From an uncultured Bacilli bacterium (GTDB lineage Bacteria; Bacillota_I; Bacilli_A; RF39; UBA660): DNA of 52,142 nt. The position numbers and the translations under genes were made by a program. The DNA is taken from assembly GCA_944373095.1 (NCBI GenBank), contig CALWAK010000002.1, positions 1 through 52,142 on the forward strand. Direction: 5' to 3'. How positions within the stretch are numbered: position 1 is the stretch's first letter; every line of letters starts with the position of its first letter. Shown piece by piece: positions 18,110 to 28,532 of the stretch. The notes under the pieces were generated by a model. That model saw nothing but the letters and a program-made list of their open reading frames with translations. It did no database searches and was not told where the DNA came from.

Positions 18110-18358
18110 ATGAGAGAAGTAAAGCCATATACAATGTATAAACATTTTAAAGGATTTAAAGTTTTAGTCTTAGGAATTGCAAAACATACAGAAACTTTAG
18201 AAGATTTAGTTATATATTACTGTATGCATAGTGATAATAACTCAAATCATACAAATGGGATTTATGCTAGACCACTGGATATGTTTTTATCTGAAGTAGA
18301 TCATGAAAAATATCCAGATGTTAAACAAAAATATCGTTTTGAAGAAATAAAAAAATAA
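18110..18358 (+). CDS. DUF1653-family small protein
   Basis: YKHFKGFKVLVLGIAKHTETLEDLVIYY ... YARPLDMF matches the DUF1653 pattern as remembered. Confidence 0.6.
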   Translation: MREVKPYTMYKHFKGFKVLVLGIAKHTETLEDLVIYYCMHSDNNSNHTNGIYARPLDMFLSEVDHEKYPDVKQKYRFEEIKK

Positions 18359-18372
18359 AATAGATATAATAC

Positions 18373-18846
18373 TTATTTTAAATTATTTAAAATATATTCT
18401 TTGGCTTCATCATAACTTTTATTTAAAGCATAAGCAATTTCATTATATAAATATTTTTCTGCTAAATTAAAGAAAAGTTGATCATTATCGGTCATTTTCT
18501 TTTTATTTTCTGTCCTTATTTTATTACGTAAAAAAGTTGTTTTTATAATTATAACTAATGATTCTATACTACCATCTTGCATTAATCTCTTATATTCTTC
18601 TTCAAGATTTTTACATTCTATCTCAAGAGGGGATAAATATTTTATTTTTTCTATTAACAATTCAATTTCTTTTTCTGTAATTAAATTTCTTAATAATTTA
18701 CTTTCATTACTAACTGGTACATCTATTGTTAAACTACTATCTGTAGTAGATTTTAAAACATAATACTCAAAATTATTAATATTTTTTTTATTAACAATTT
18801 GACAAACATCCCTTTTATATACTACATAATCCTTTATATTATACAT
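18373..18846 (-). CDS. CarD/CdnL-family RNA-polymerase-binding transcription factor
   Basis: MYNIKDYVVYKRDVCQIV ... YYVLKS ... IDVPVSNESKLLRNLITEKE is a CarD_CdnL_TRCF N-domain pattern. Start at M10 of the track ORF, preceded by AGGAGG. Confidence 0.6.
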   Translation of the reverse strand: MYNIKDYVVYKRDVCQIVNKKNINNFEYYVLKSTTDSSLTIDVPVSNESKLLRNLITEKEIELLIEKIKYLSPLEIECKNLEEEYKRLMQDGSIESLVIIIKTTFLRNKIRTENKKKMTDNDQLFFNLAEKYLYNEIAYALNKSYDEAKEYILNNLK

Positions 18847-18960
18847 ATTTAATCCTCCTAAATGTATATCCATTATACTCTTTATTTTTAGATATTTCTA
18901 ACATTTTTATTCTTTTTATCATTATAATATGTTAATATTTATTTAGGATATGGAGGTTAA

Positions 18961-19851
18961 ATGAAAGATAGTAATAGAATAAAAATATTTAATAGTATAC
19001 TTATTATTTTAGCATTAATATTTGCTAGCTTTTTGTATTATAATGATGGAATTAGTTTAGGAAATTATAAAAATAATAATAGTAATAATGAAAATTTGAG
19101 TATTTATTTTATGGATGTTGGGCAAGCTGATTCTATTATGATTAAATTAGGTAATGAATATGCTCTTATAGATGCTGGTAATAATGCAGATGGAAATTTA
19201 TTAGTAGATTATTTTAAAAGTATAGGAATTAATAAATTTGAATATGTTTTTGGAACTCACGCTCACGAAGATCATATAGGTGGGATGGATGATATTATAA
19301 ATAATTTTGAAATTGATAATTTTTACATGCCAGATGTAATTACCACTACTAAAACTTTTGAAGATGTATTAGATGCTCTTGATGCACAAAATGTTGAGTT
19401 CGATACACCTAAAATCGGAGATACATTTACTTTAGGTGATGCAAAAATTAATATTTTATATGTAGGTACTGATAAAAGTGATTTAAATAATACTTCAATT
19501 GTACTAAGATTAGATTATAAAGATACTTCATACTTATTTATGGGCGATGCTACTAGTGTTGTTGAACAAGAAATATCTAAAGATAATATAGAAGCAGACG
19601 TAATTAAAATAGGACATCATGGCTCCCAATATTCCTCAACTGAATCTTTTATACAAAAAGTAAATCCTACTTACGCTGTAATTTCGGTAGGAAAAAATAA
19701 TTCCTATAATCATCCAAGTGATACAATTATTAAAAGATTAACAGATAATAATATAAAAATATATAGAACTGATATAGATGGTACTATTAAAATAGATAGT
19801 GATGGTAATTATATAAATTTTACTACTATTATAACCAATACAAATGGGTAA
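18961..19851 (+). CDS. Membrane-anchored ComEC-type metallo-beta-lactamase-fold hydrolase
   Basis: FMDVGQADSIMI ... DAGN ... HAHEDHIGG ... GHHGS is the MBL fold as in the ComEC C-terminal domain. Confidence 0.8.
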   Translation: MKDSNRIKIFNSILIILALIFASFLYYNDGISLGNYKNNNSNNENLSIYFMDVGQADSIMIKLGNEYALIDAGNNADGNLLVDYFKSIGINKFEYVFGTHAHEDHIGGMDDIINNFEIDNFYMPDVITTTKTFEDVLDALDAQNVEFDTPKIGDTFTLGDAKINILYVGTDKSDLNNTSIVLRLDYKDTSYLFMGDATSVVEQEISKDNIEADVIKIGHHGSQYSSTESFIQKVNPTYAVISVGKNNSYNHPSDTIIKRLTDNNIKIYRTDIDGTIKIDSDGNYINFTTIITNTNG

Positions 19852-19855
19852 TTAT

Positions 19856-20077
19856 ATGAAATATGCAATTGATAAAATAGAAAATAATATTATAGTTTTA
19901 GAAAATTTAAATACTAAAGAAATAACTAATATAAATAAAAATTTGCTTAGTTTTAAAGTAAAAGAAGGAGATATTTTAGTTTATCAAAATAATAAGTATT
20001 ATTTAGATAATAATGAAAAAGAAAAAAGAATTAAAATAATTAAAGAAAAATTTTTAAAAGTAAAAAAGGGTCATTAA
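19856..20077 (+). CDS. DUF3006-family small protein (usual partner of ComEC-type MBL genes)
   Basis: MKYAIDKIENNIIVLENL ... EGDILVY. Position immediately after the MBL gene supports the call. Confidence 0.55.
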   Translation: MKYAIDKIENNIIVLENLNTKEITNINKNLLSFKVKEGDILVYQNNKYYLDNNEKEKRIKIIKEKFLKVKKGH

Positions 20078-20086
20078 TTTGAACCC

Positions 20087-20614
20087 TTATTTTATATTTA
20101 TAATGCCATAATTATTGTCTTTGCGTTTATATAATACAGATATACATTCTGCCTCTGCATTTTTAAATACAAAGAAATCATGATTTAGCAACTCTAATTC
20201 TAAAATTGCCTCTTCTTCACTCATTGGCTTACTATCAAAATTTTTTCTTTTAACAATTTGACTAATTTCTTTTGGAGTTTCATCTGTAAAATCTAGTGAA
20301 AAATTCACCTCATTCGTAACCTTTAATCTTTTTTCTAAACGAGATTTATTTTTTCTAATTTGACGTTCTAATTTATCAATTACATAGTCAATAGCAGCAT
20401 ATAAATCTTCATTTATCTCTTCTCTTCTAAGAGTTAAAGAACCATTTGGTATAGTTACTTCAATAGTTTTTGAATTCTTATTAGATTTAATAACCACATT
20501 AGCAACAATATCCTCATTATTAAAGTATTTCTCTAACCTACCTATTTTATCCTCTATATAATTTTTGATTGACTCAGTTACTTCAATCTTTTCGCCACGA
20601 ATTTTAACTTGCAT
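20087..20614 (-). CDS. hpf: Ribosome hibernation promoting factor, long form (HPF/YvyD)
   Basis: MQVKIRGEKIEVTESIKNYIEDKIGRLEKYF plus a C-terminal dimerisation domain (KPMSEEEAILELELLNHDFFVFKN). Start at M5, preceded by GGAGG. Confidence 0.9.
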   Translation of the reverse strand: MQVKIRGEKIEVTESIKNYIEDKIGRLEKYFNNEDIVANVVIKSNKNSKTIEVTIPNGSLTLRREEINEDLYAAIDYVIDKLERQIRKNKSRLEKRLKVTNEVNFSLDFTDETPKEISQIVKRKNFDSKPMSEEEAILELELLNHDFFVFKNAEAECISVLYKRKDNNYGIINIK

Positions 20615-20648
20615 ATCTACCTCCAAGTATATTATAACAAAAAAGATA

Positions 20649-21179
20649 TCAAATTGCTAGTTTATTGATACCTAAAACTTTTGTAGCTATATAATTTTCA
20701 GAATTACTATACGTATATAATTGTTTTAATTTAATTTGTTTTTTATTATTACCAAAAGAATATAACTTATCTATACTTTTTGATTTTATAAATTCTATTA
20801 ATATATCTTTAGAAATAAAATAAGTATTATTATTATATAAGATATACATAGAAGCCTCATTATTTATTAAATAAGTATTATCATCTAGTATATCATATAT
20901 ATATTTTAAATCTATGTTATAAAAGTTAAATTCTTCAAATATACTAGTATAATAGTATTTATCTTTTTCAGTTATAGGAAAATTCAAGTAAATAATTAGG
21001 TTATAAGGAATAATGAAGTTCATAAATTTATGCTTTTTATTACTTTTTTTAAATTCATTTAGAAAAAGTATTTTATCTTGAATATTACTATTAAATATAT
21101 TTTTTGAATATATAGTTATTATTTTATCACTTATTACTTGATAAGTATTATCATTTATATAAATACTTATTTTATTCAT
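20649..21179 (-). CDS. Hypothetical protein (176 aa), translationally coupled to the M23 peptidase gene
   Basis: ORF track. TAATG stop/start overlap at 21179. No motif recognised. Confidence 0.45.
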   Translation of the reverse strand: MNKISIYINDNTYQVISDKIITIYSKNIFNSNIQDKILFLNEFKKSNKKHKFMNFIIPYNLIIYLNFPITEKDKYYYTSIFEEFNFYNIDLKYIYDILDDNTYLINNEASMYILYNNNTYFISKDILIEFIKSKSIDKLYSFGNNKKQIKLKQLYTYSNSENYIATKVLGINKLAI

Positions 21180-21817
21180 TATTTTGTAACTTCTTCATAA
21201 TCATATAAGTAAAATTCTTCTGGATTTATTAACTCTCCTTTATAAAAAACTTCAAAATGTAGAGCATTTGAATCATTTGATGTTAATGTATTTTTACCAG
21301 AAGTGGCAATTATATCACCTTGTTTAACATTAGCTCCTACTGTTACTTTAACTTCTCCTAAATTTTGATATATAGTTGTTAAAGAATTGGAATGTTCAAT
21401 TTCTACAACATTACCCATTATACTGTCTTCTTTAATATTTTTTACAACACCATCTAAAACTGCTACACAGTCAAATTCTTCGTTAGCGGTATATAGTACA
21501 CCTGTATTTTGCATATATATACCTTCATAATAAATTAGAGCTGCAGTTTGTTCTTCTTCAGTTCCTTCTCGGTTATAAAAAGGAATAGTTGAAGTAACAG
21601 ACTCTAAGGTATAAGGCCTAATTATTTTGTTAGTAGTTGTAACATTAATAATATTATTGCCTTCCTCATTTATTACTGGAGTAATATCATCATCATTTTG
21701 TATCGGAGATTGATATGTTAATATTTCATACATTTTATAACCACTAAATAGTATTGTACAAATTAATATTAAACATATAGTAGGAATTACATAGCCTCTT
21801 AGTTTTCTTTTTTTCAT
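21179..21817 (-). CDS. spoIIQ: Membrane-anchored M23/LytM-domain protein, SpoIIQ-like
   Basis: N-terminal TM helix, then VVEIEHSNSLTTIYQNLGEVKVTVGANVKQGDIIATSG ... ALHFEVFYKGELINP. Lies next to spoIID, as in many sporeformers. Confidence 0.65.
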   Translation of the reverse strand: MKKRKLRGYVIPTICLILICTILFSGYKMYEILTYQSPIQNDDDITPVINEEGNNIINVTTTNKIIRPYTLESVTSTIPFYNREGTEEEQTAALIYYEGIYMQNTGVLYTANEEFDCVAVLDGVVKNIKEDSIMGNVVEIEHSNSLTTIYQNLGEVKVTVGANVKQGDIIATSGKNTLTSNDSNALHFEVFYKGELINPEEFYLYDYEEVTK

Positions 21818-21860
21818 TATTTCACCTTCCTATTAGAAAGTGTGAACAAAGAATTGTTTT

Positions 21861-22745
21861 TTATACATTATATTTAGTTATTTCTATATTTTGATAAAAA
21901 TGTTTTAATATTTCATCATAAGTTTTATTATCATTAGCCATACCATTAGCACCATATTGACTCATGCCAACTCCATGCCCATAACCTTTTGTAGTTATAG
22001 TAACATTATCGTCAATAGTTATTGAAAAGTCCGTAGATCTAAGGCCTAATAAACTTCTAATTTCCGTCCCTTTAAATACTTTATTATTTATAGTTATTGA
22101 AAGAACTCTATTTGAATCATCCAATTCTCTATTAGTAATATTAATAGAATCACAACTTATATTTAATTTATTACAAAAATCTTCCTTAGAAATTTTTATT
22201 TCTGTTAAAAATTTATTTATAGAAGAATTATCATATGAAGAATCCACTACATTAATATATGGTAAATCTTCATTAAAAACTATTAAAGAATCTTCAGTTA
22301 AACCATTACTCATAGCGTAATAATAAGATTTAATTAGTTCATTATCATAAGTTAAAACTAAGTCTTCAGTTTCTTCCACTAAATTTTTTATTTTATTATA
22401 ATAAGTATCAAACTCATTATCCCACTTTTGTTTCATTTGTTCCATAGTTATATAAGCTTGATCTCCAGTAGTTAAATAATCTTTATACTGTAATTGATAT
22501 AAAGCAAATGTGCGTGATGCAATAATTTGAGCTTTTATTGCTTCATCATTAAAAGAGGCAGGCATCTCTTGTGCTACTACCCCTATTAAATAATCATTAA
22601 TTGGTAATGTTATAATTTCATCATTTAATTTTAGTCTTACATATAATTCATCTTTTACTTCTAATTTATCCTCTACTTTTTTAAATGATAAAATAGTTAA
22701 AGGAATTAAAATAGCAATAATACAAAGATAAATTTTATTTTTCAT
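21861..22745 (-). CDS. spoIID: Stage II sporulation protein D (lytic transglycosylase)
   Basis: YLIGVVAQEMPASFNDEAIKAQIIASRTFAL ... GHGVGMSQYGANGMA. Confidence 0.9.
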   Translation of the reverse strand: MKNKIYLCIIAILIPLTILSFKKVEDKLEVKDELYVRLKLNDEIITLPINDYLIGVVAQEMPASFNDEAIKAQIIASRTFALYQLQYKDYLTTGDQAYITMEQMKQKWDNEFDTYYNKIKNLVEETEDLVLTYDNELIKSYYYAMSNGLTEDSLIVFNEDLPYINVVDSSYDNSSINKFLTEIKISKEDFCNKLNISCDSINITNRELDDSNRVLSITINNKVFKGTEIRSLLGLRSTDFSITIDDNVTITTKGYGHGVGMSQYGANGMANDNKTYDEILKHFYQNIEITKYNV

Positions 22746-22754
22746 AGGTATCCT

Positions 22755-22955
22755 TTATGATATAAAATCTATAATAAAATTTGTTATTAGATAACTTGAT
22801 GCAAAACTTAAAATAAATATTATTACTCTTGCTTCAACTGGTTTATTTTTTTTCATAAATTTATCAAAGTTAACACCACTTAAAGCAAATATACTAATAA
22901 GCAAATTTAATGTATATAATATAGTTTTATAATTCATTATATGTACCTTTTTCAT
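22755..22955 (-). CDS. Small two-TM membrane protein (uncertain)
   Basis: ORF track only. Overlaps the 3' end of rpiB by 29 nt. Confidence 0.3.
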   Translation of the reverse strand: MKKVHIMNYKTILYTLNLLISIFALSGVNFDKFMKKNKPVEARVIIFILSFASSYLITNFIIDFIS

Positions 22956-23376
22956 AAGATATGATTTTATTAACTCTTCTTTGATGTCTTTCTAACTTAG
23001 AATTATTAGAAGTTATAAAAATTTCAACAATTTTTAAAGCTTCTTTAAATTCCAAAGTAGCTGGTAAGGAAATTACATTAGCATAATTATGTTCTTTAGC
23101 AGCTATAGCATCATCCGTGTTTAATACTCTAGCACATCTTATTCCTTTCACTTTATTAGCAGCAATTGATATTCCTATTCCATTGCCACATATTAAAATC
23201 CCTATATCATTTTTTTTATCCATTTTATTACAAATGTCAAATGCAAAATCCGGATAATCATCTTTGTCGTTGTTACTTATAGTGGAAGTTAAAACTTGAT
23301 AATTTAGTCTTAATTCATTAATTAAATATTCTTTTAATTCTACACCTCTATGATCTGATGCAATATATATATTCAT
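22927..23376 (-). CDS. rpiB: Ribose-5-phosphate isomerase B (RpiB/LacAB family)
   Basis: MNIYIASDHRGVELKEYL ... GILICGNGIGISIAANKVKGIRCA ... HNYANVISLP. Confidence 0.9.
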   Translation of the reverse strand: MNIYIASDHRGVELKEYLINELRLNYQVLTSTISNNDKDDYPDFAFDICNKMDKKNDIGILICGNGIGISIAANKVKGIRCARVLNTDDAIAAKEHNYANVISLPATLEFKEALKIVEIFITSNNSKLERHQRRVNKIISYEKGTYNEL

Positions 23377-23377
23377 T

Positions 23378-24322
23378 TTATTTCTCCTTTAATAATTCTT
23401 TTATATTTTTCATTAAACCTATATTATAATTTACTAAATTTAATAACTGAAATACTTGATAATTAGGATTTGGATTTACATTTAGCAAAGTTGGTCCATT
23501 TACTGTAATAGTAACATCTATTTCCAAGTATTTTAGTTCTTTTATTGACTCAGCTATTTTTACTACAAATCTTTTTGTTCTAGGCCATTTAATTATCTGA
23601 AACCAAACTATATCTTCATTTGTTAGAGGGTGTATTTCATAATAATTTTGTTCTTTACTTACTCCTTTATAATCAATAATTCCTGTTTCCAAATTAATTG
23701 AGGCATATATATTATTATCTTCTATAATACTTAATTCACTTTTTGAAGTAACTAAATAAGCTGCATAAATATTTTGATTTAATAATATAAATCTAATTAT
23801 ATTTAAACTTTTAGGGTTTATTTTAGATAACTTATTATTCTCAACTATCTTTGTTTGAACAATTGGATATTTTTTTAAAACTAATTCATTATAAGTATTA
23901 GTATAATTTTTTTTACTTACTTCAATTTTATAAAAATTGTTATTACTTTTTAAATTAGAAAAAAAATATAAAACTTTTTTATCTTTTATAAAATCAGAAA
24001 ATTCTAAAATATTATTTCCATTTAAATGTAACCACTTTTGCTCAATAAATGCATTAAACTTTTTATTAAATTGATCTCTAAATTTAAATATATTTTGATT
24101 TATAATTTTGTTATAATTGTAAATTAAAGATTTATTTTTCCGATAAGATAATAGTTCTTTACGTATTTCTGGTTTTAAATTATATACTTTATATATTTTA
24201 TAATCACTAGAATTTAATCCATATTTTAAATTACAAAGAATTAAATCCAAAAAAATTTTTAATTTATTAATACCAGTTTCAGCATTTATATAGTTGATGT
24301 CTTTCAAAAAAAATTTTACCAC
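23378..24322 (-). CDS. ATP-grasp-like protein of the sugar-transfer-associated ATP-grasp (ATPgrasp_ST) type
   Basis: The C-terminal block INLETGIIDY ... IHPLTNEDIVWFQIIKWP ... LEIDVTITVNGPTLLNVNPNP resembles the HPdTG...W...GWD...GP..E.N pattern of that family as remembered. Confidence 0.5.
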   Translation of the reverse strand: MVKFFLKDINYINAETGINKLKIFLDLILCNLKYGLNSSDYKIYKVYNLKPEIRKELLSYRKNKSLIYNYNKIINQNIFKFRDQFNKKFNAFIEQKWLHLNGNNILEFSDFIKDKKVLYFFSNLKSNNNFYKIEVSKKNYTNTYNELVLKKYPIVQTKIVENNKLSKINPKSLNIIRFILLNQNIYAAYLVTSKSELSIIEDNNIYASINLETGIIDYKGVSKEQNYYEIHPLTNEDIVWFQIIKWPRTKRFVVKIAESIKELKYLEIDVTITVNGPTLLNVNPNPNYQVFQLLNLVNYNIGLMKNIKELLKEK

Positions 24323-24382
24323 AATAAACCCTCCCTTCTAATTATATAAAATAAAGAAAAAAACTACAAATACTTTTGCAGT

Positions 24383-24592
24383 TTATTTTTCTTGATTAAA
24401 TCCGTATTTACGGTTGAATTTTTCTACTGAACCAGTTTTCTTTGCTTTAGCTTGGCTTCCTGTATAGAATGGATGGCAAGCACTACAAACATCACATTGA
24501 ATTTTTGTTTTAGTTGATTTTACTGTAAATGTATTACCACAAGCACAATGTACTTCTACTTCGTGCATTTCTGGATGTAAATTCTTCTTCAT
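24383..24592 (-). CDS. rpmE: 50S ribosomal protein L31 (Zn-binding type A)
   Basis: MKKNLHPEMHEVEVHCACGNTF ... CSACHPFYTG. Confidence 0.95.
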   Translation of the reverse strand: MKKNLHPEMHEVEVHCACGNTFTVKSTKTKIQCDVCSACHPFYTGSQAKAKKTGSVEKFNRKYGFNQEK

Positions 24593-24648
24593 TTTTACTC
24601 TCCTTCCGCCATGTTAAATTCATAACATAGAAATATTTCGTCTAGAGT

Positions 24649-24676
24649 ATTATATCATATGTCACATAAAATTCAA
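24649..24676 (-). promoter_or_regulatory. Sigma-A-type promoter for rpmE
   Basis: Minus strand: TTGAAT (24676-24671), 16-nt spacer ending TGA, TATAAT (24654-24649). This is an extended -10. Confidence 0.55.
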
Positions 24677-24772
24677 GGTTTTATTATATTTTTTGTTATA
24701 ATTTAAAACTAAATATATTTATAAGGAAACTTATAGTGAATCAATTACATTTTTTTAAACCTATTTAATAAA

Positions 24773-25372
24773 TTATTTTTCATTATATTTCCATGCAGTA
24801 AATATGGTATCTTTTATTACTTTAGCTAAGGTGGTTTGGCTAGACTTATTTAATAAGTCTGTATTTTTAAAATAATTACTTAGAGAGATAAAATCAATAT
24901 TTTTAGATTTACATAAATCTTTTAAAGCATATGATGATTTCATACTATAAGGACTAATATAAATTATTTGATAATTATTTAATTTTCTTAAACTAACAAA
25001 TAATTCATTTAAATTAATAACTAATTCATCTAATTTAAAGTTTTCTTTTTGTAATTCAAATTCTCCTAAATACACAATTAATACTTTAGAATTATGTATT
25101 TTTTCTTGAATATTATTTTTATTTTCATTTATAGCATCTATTACATTTTCAATTTCTAAATTATCATTTGCATATTCATAATAAGTATAACCAATAGAAT
25201 TATTTAAATATTCTTTTAAATAAGTATTAAAGTTTTCAGGCATTATTGTTGTTTTATCATAAATACTTGTTATAGTAATTGTATTATTAATATTAGTAGT
25301 AAATATAATATAGGTTAATAATGAAGAGCCTAAAATTAAAAAAAATATTTTCAGTTTCATACTTAAATTCAC
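24773..25372 (-). CDS. Hypothetical exported/membrane-anchored protein
   Basis: N-terminal hydrophobic segment KIFFLILGSSLLTYIIF. No motif recognised. Confidence 0.45.
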   Translation of the reverse strand: MNLSMKLKIFFLILGSSLLTYIIFTTNINNTITITSIYDKTTIMPENFNTYLKEYLNNSIGYTYYEYANDNLEIENVIDAINENKNNIQEKIHNSKVLIVYLGEFELQKENFKLDELVINLNELFVSLRKLNNYQIIYISPYSMKSSYALKDLCKSKNIDFISLSNYFKNTDLLNKSSQTTLAKVIKDTIFTAWKYNEK

Positions 25373-25390
25373 CTACATTTATATTTAATT

Positions 25391-26641
25391 TTATTCAACT
25401 AAAGTAATTTTAGCACCAACTGAATCTAATTTTCTTGGTAAACTATCATATCCTCTTAATATATGCTTTATACCATCTATTTTAGTTGTTCCTTTGGCAA
25501 TCAGCGCTGCAATTACAAGAGTAGCACCAGCACGTAAATCAGTTGCAGTAACATTAGTCCCCTTTAAATTAACAGGTCCTTTAAATAAAGCAATATTATT
25601 ATTTAATTCTATTTTAGCCCCCATTTTTTGTAAATATTTAATATGTTGCATTCTATTTTCGTATATTGTTTCTTCAAATAAAGATATTCCTTTACATTTG
25701 GTTAATAACGCTTGCATTGGTTGTCCTAAATCGGTTACAAAACCTGGATATACTAATGTTTTTACGTTAATTGGCAATAAAACTTTAGGTGATGTAACGG
25801 TAATACTTGTTTCATGTATTTCCATGTTTACCCCAACTTCGCGTAATTTTGAAATTAATGCACTTAAATCTGCTGAACATAAATTGTTTATAGTTAAATT
25901 TTTACCAATTAATGAGCCTGCTATCAAATACGTTCCAGCTTCAATTCGATCAGGTATAATAGAAATTTTACCATTATCTAAAAAATCTACTCCTTCTATT
26001 TCAATTTGACTTGTTCCAGCACCAGTTATTCTAGCACCCATACTATTTAGAAAATCAGCAATATTTATTATTTCAGGCTCTTTAGCAGCATTATTAATTG
26101 TAGTTTTTCCAGTTGCTTTTACAGCTGCAAGCATTATATTAATGGTAGCACCAACAGAAGGAAATCTTAGATTAAGTTCATTTCCAACTAATTTTTTCGC
26201 ATCTAAAATAAACTTGTCACCTTCTTTTGTTATTTTAACACCCATTTTTTCGAAACTATCTAAATGAATATCTATTGGTCTAGCCCCTATTTGACACCCA
26301 CCTGGCAAATATAACTCTACATGTCTATATTTTCCAAGTAAAGCTCCCATAAAATAGTAAGATGCTCTTAATTTTGAAGAATAAGAAGACGTAATAACTT
26401 CATTTTTAACATTTTTAGTATCAATAATTAAAGTATTATCGGTAAAATTAGATTTGCATCCTAACATATTAATTATATCAATAAGATCATTTGTATCAGA
26501 TATATTTGGAACATTATATATTTTTGCATTAGTATCACACAATATACTAGCAGGAATCATTGCAACAACACTATTTTTAGCACCACTTACATTTATTACA
26601 CCGGATAGGGTATGACCACCTTCTATTAATAACTTAGGCAT
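25391..26641 (-). CDS. murA: UDP-N-acetylglucosamine 1-carboxyvinyltransferase
   Basis: GAKNSVVA ... LPGGCQIGARPIDIHL (active-site Cys) ... TDLRAGATLVIAAL ... RGYD. Confidence 0.96.
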   Translation of the reverse strand: MPKLLIEGGHTLSGVINVSGAKNSVVAMIPASILCDTNAKIYNVPNISDTNDLIDIINMLGCKSNFTDNTLIIDTKNVKNEVITSSYSSKLRASYYFMGALLGKYRHVELYLPGGCQIGARPIDIHLDSFEKMGVKITKEGDKFILDAKKLVGNELNLRFPSVGATINIMLAAVKATGKTTINNAAKEPEIINIADFLNSMGARITGAGTSQIEIEGVDFLDNGKISIIPDRIEAGTYLIAGSLIGKNLTINNLCSADLSALISKLREVGVNMEIHETSITVTSPKVLLPINVKTLVYPGFVTDLGQPMQALLTKCKGISLFEETIYENRMQHIKYLQKMGAKIELNNNIALFKGPVNLKGTNVTATDLRAGATLVIAALIAKGTTKIDGIKHILRGYDSLPRKLDSVGAKITLVE

Positions 26642-26699
26642 TTATTCACTTTCTTTCTCTTAGTTAATTCTATCATATAATTTACAAAATATTAAAATT

Positions 26700-27230
26700 T
26701 TATTTAAATAAATGAACTATTGACAACATTAGTAATAAAAATAATCCAAAATAATTAGCAATTTTTCCTAATGAACTATTAGCACATTTACCAATTATTA
26801 AGCCTAAAAAAGTAAAAAAACTACTTTCTAACAAAAATATTATTGATGGTAAATATTTACTATTTGTTATACTACTTAAACCTAGACCCGTTGTAAAACT
26901 ATCAAGACTAACCGATAATGCTAAAATTATTAAGGATAATATATTTATATTTAAGTTTAGTTCTTCTTTTTTTCTTAATTCTAAAAAAAGTTTAATGAAT
27001 AAAATTAAAAAAATAAAACCTAATAATTTATTGTGATTTATAGATAAAATAAAATTTCCAATATATCTAGAAATTAATGGTAATAAAAAATGAAAGATAC
27101 CTACTATTAATGGGAAAAAAATAATATTTTTTTTAGATAAATTTAAAGTTCCTAATGATAATGCTAAAGAAAAAGTATCCATACTTAATGCTAAACCAAT
27201 TGTTAATATTATTAGTAACAAAAAAATCAC
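26700..27230 (-). CDS. MntP/YwlD-family (DUF204) manganese efflux-type membrane protein
   Basis: Two repeats of the SMDTFSLALSLG / SLDSFTTGLGL motif across six TM helices. Position after spoIIR mirrors Bacillus ywlD. Confidence 0.65.
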   Translation of the reverse strand: MIFLLLIILTIGLALSMDTFSLALSLGTLNLSKKNIIFFPLIVGIFHFLLPLISRYIGNFILSINHNKLLGFIFLILFIKLFLELRKKEELNLNINILSLIILALSVSLDSFTTGLGLSSITNSKYLPSIIFLLESSFFTFLGLIIGKCANSSLGKIANYFGLFLLLMLSIVHLFK

Positions 27231-27243
27231 CTATTTATATATA

Positions 27244-27750
27244 TTATAAGTGATTAGATTTTAGAAGCACATCATTAATATAAGAACGAAAAATTACATC
27301 GTTATTAGAATATTTATTTTCAATCAAACATAAAGGGGGATATAAAACACACCACCAGTTATTTCCCAAACCTTCACCAAGCGTTATTACAAGAGATTCA
27401 TAGTTGCCTTGAGGATATAAAACTCCTTTATATGTTTTTTGAGGAAAATAATTATTACCATAATTAATATTATAATTTATATTATAATTTTTTAAAAGAT
27501 TATCTATTTCATCTATCGAATTTTTTATTAAATCTCTTGAAATATCTATTGACTTATTTGTTAATAAATTCGGAAAAACTTTATTAATTAGTTCGTTTTT
27601 AATATCTTGCTTTATTTTTTGATCCATAATTGAATTTGATGCTGCTATTATTCGAAAGCGAATTGATGAATTTGGTATTTTTATACTATTATCATTTTGA
27701 AAGGTTATAAATAACACTAATACTGCCATTACTATAATTATTTTTTTCAA
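27244..27750 (-). CDS. spoIIR: Stage II sporulation protein R
   Basis: IRFRIIAASNSIMDQKIKQDIKNELI ... GNNWWCVLYPPLC is the hallmark SpoIIR motif. Confidence 0.88.
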   Translation of the reverse strand: MKKIIIVMAVLVLFITFQNDNSIKIPNSSIRFRIIAASNSIMDQKIKQDIKNELINKVFPNLLTNKSIDISRDLIKNSIDEIDNLLKNYNINYNINYGNNYFPQKTYKGVLYPQGNYESLVITLGEGLGNNWWCVLYPPLCLIENKYSNNDVIFRSYINDVLLKSNHL

Positions 27751-27791
27751 TAAAAATCACCCAATTTTATATTGAGTGGTTAAATTATTTT

Positions 27792-28532
27792 TTAATCATT
27801 TACAATAAATAAATATCTTTCTCTGTTATTTAAATCATTTTTTATAATCATATTAGAATAAGGATATATTTTTTTGGCATAACTTACTATATCTAAACCT
27901 TCATCTTCTCCTATTTCAAAAGCAATTAAAAATCGTTCTTCTAACATATTTAAACTTTTATCAAGAATTATTTTATAAAATTCTAAACCGTTATCATCAG
28001 CATATAAAGCCTTTTGTGGTTCATACTTTGTTTTAGGATCTACAATAGCATTCTTTTTGACATAAGGTGGATTAGAAATAATTACATTATATTTTTCTTT
28101 TATATCACAATTTTTAATATCTCTTATCAAATAATTTACATCAGCATCATTTTTTATAGTATTTTCTACAGCAACATCAATAGCATCTTTTGAAATATCT
28201 AATGCTGTAACATGACATTTTAATTCTTTACTTAAGGCAATCGCAATTGCACCACTTCCAGTACAAATATCAATAATTTTTGGAACAAGGTTTAATTGCT
28301 TTATTATTTTTATAGTTTCATCAACTAATCCCTCTGTTTCAAAGCGAGGAATTAAAACACGTTCATCAACATCTATTTGGTAACCATAAAAATTAACATT
28401 GCCAATTAAATATTGAACTGGATAATTATTATTTAATTTTTCTATTATTTCATTTATATTATTTGGATACATTTTTTTTAAAATATTAAAATCTAAATCC
28501 GAAATAAAATTTGGCTTATCCATCTTACTCAC
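27792..28532 (-). CDS. prmC: Release-factor glutamine N5-methyltransferase PrmC (HemK)
   Basis: LIPRFETEGLV, DICTGSGAIAIAL, ISNPPYV. Overlaps prfA by 8 nt. Confidence 0.9.
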   Translation of the reverse strand: MSKMDKPNFISDLDFNILKKMYPNNINEIIEKLNNNYPVQYLIGNVNFYGYQIDVDERVLIPRFETEGLVDETIKIIKQLNLVPKIIDICTGSGAIAIALSKELKCHVTALDISKDAIDVAVENTIKNDADVNYLIRDIKNCDIKEKYNVIISNPPYVKKNAIVDPKTKYEPQKALYADDNGLEFYKIILDKSLNMLEERFLIAFEIGEDEGLDIVSYAKKIYPYSNMIIKNDLNNRERYLFIVND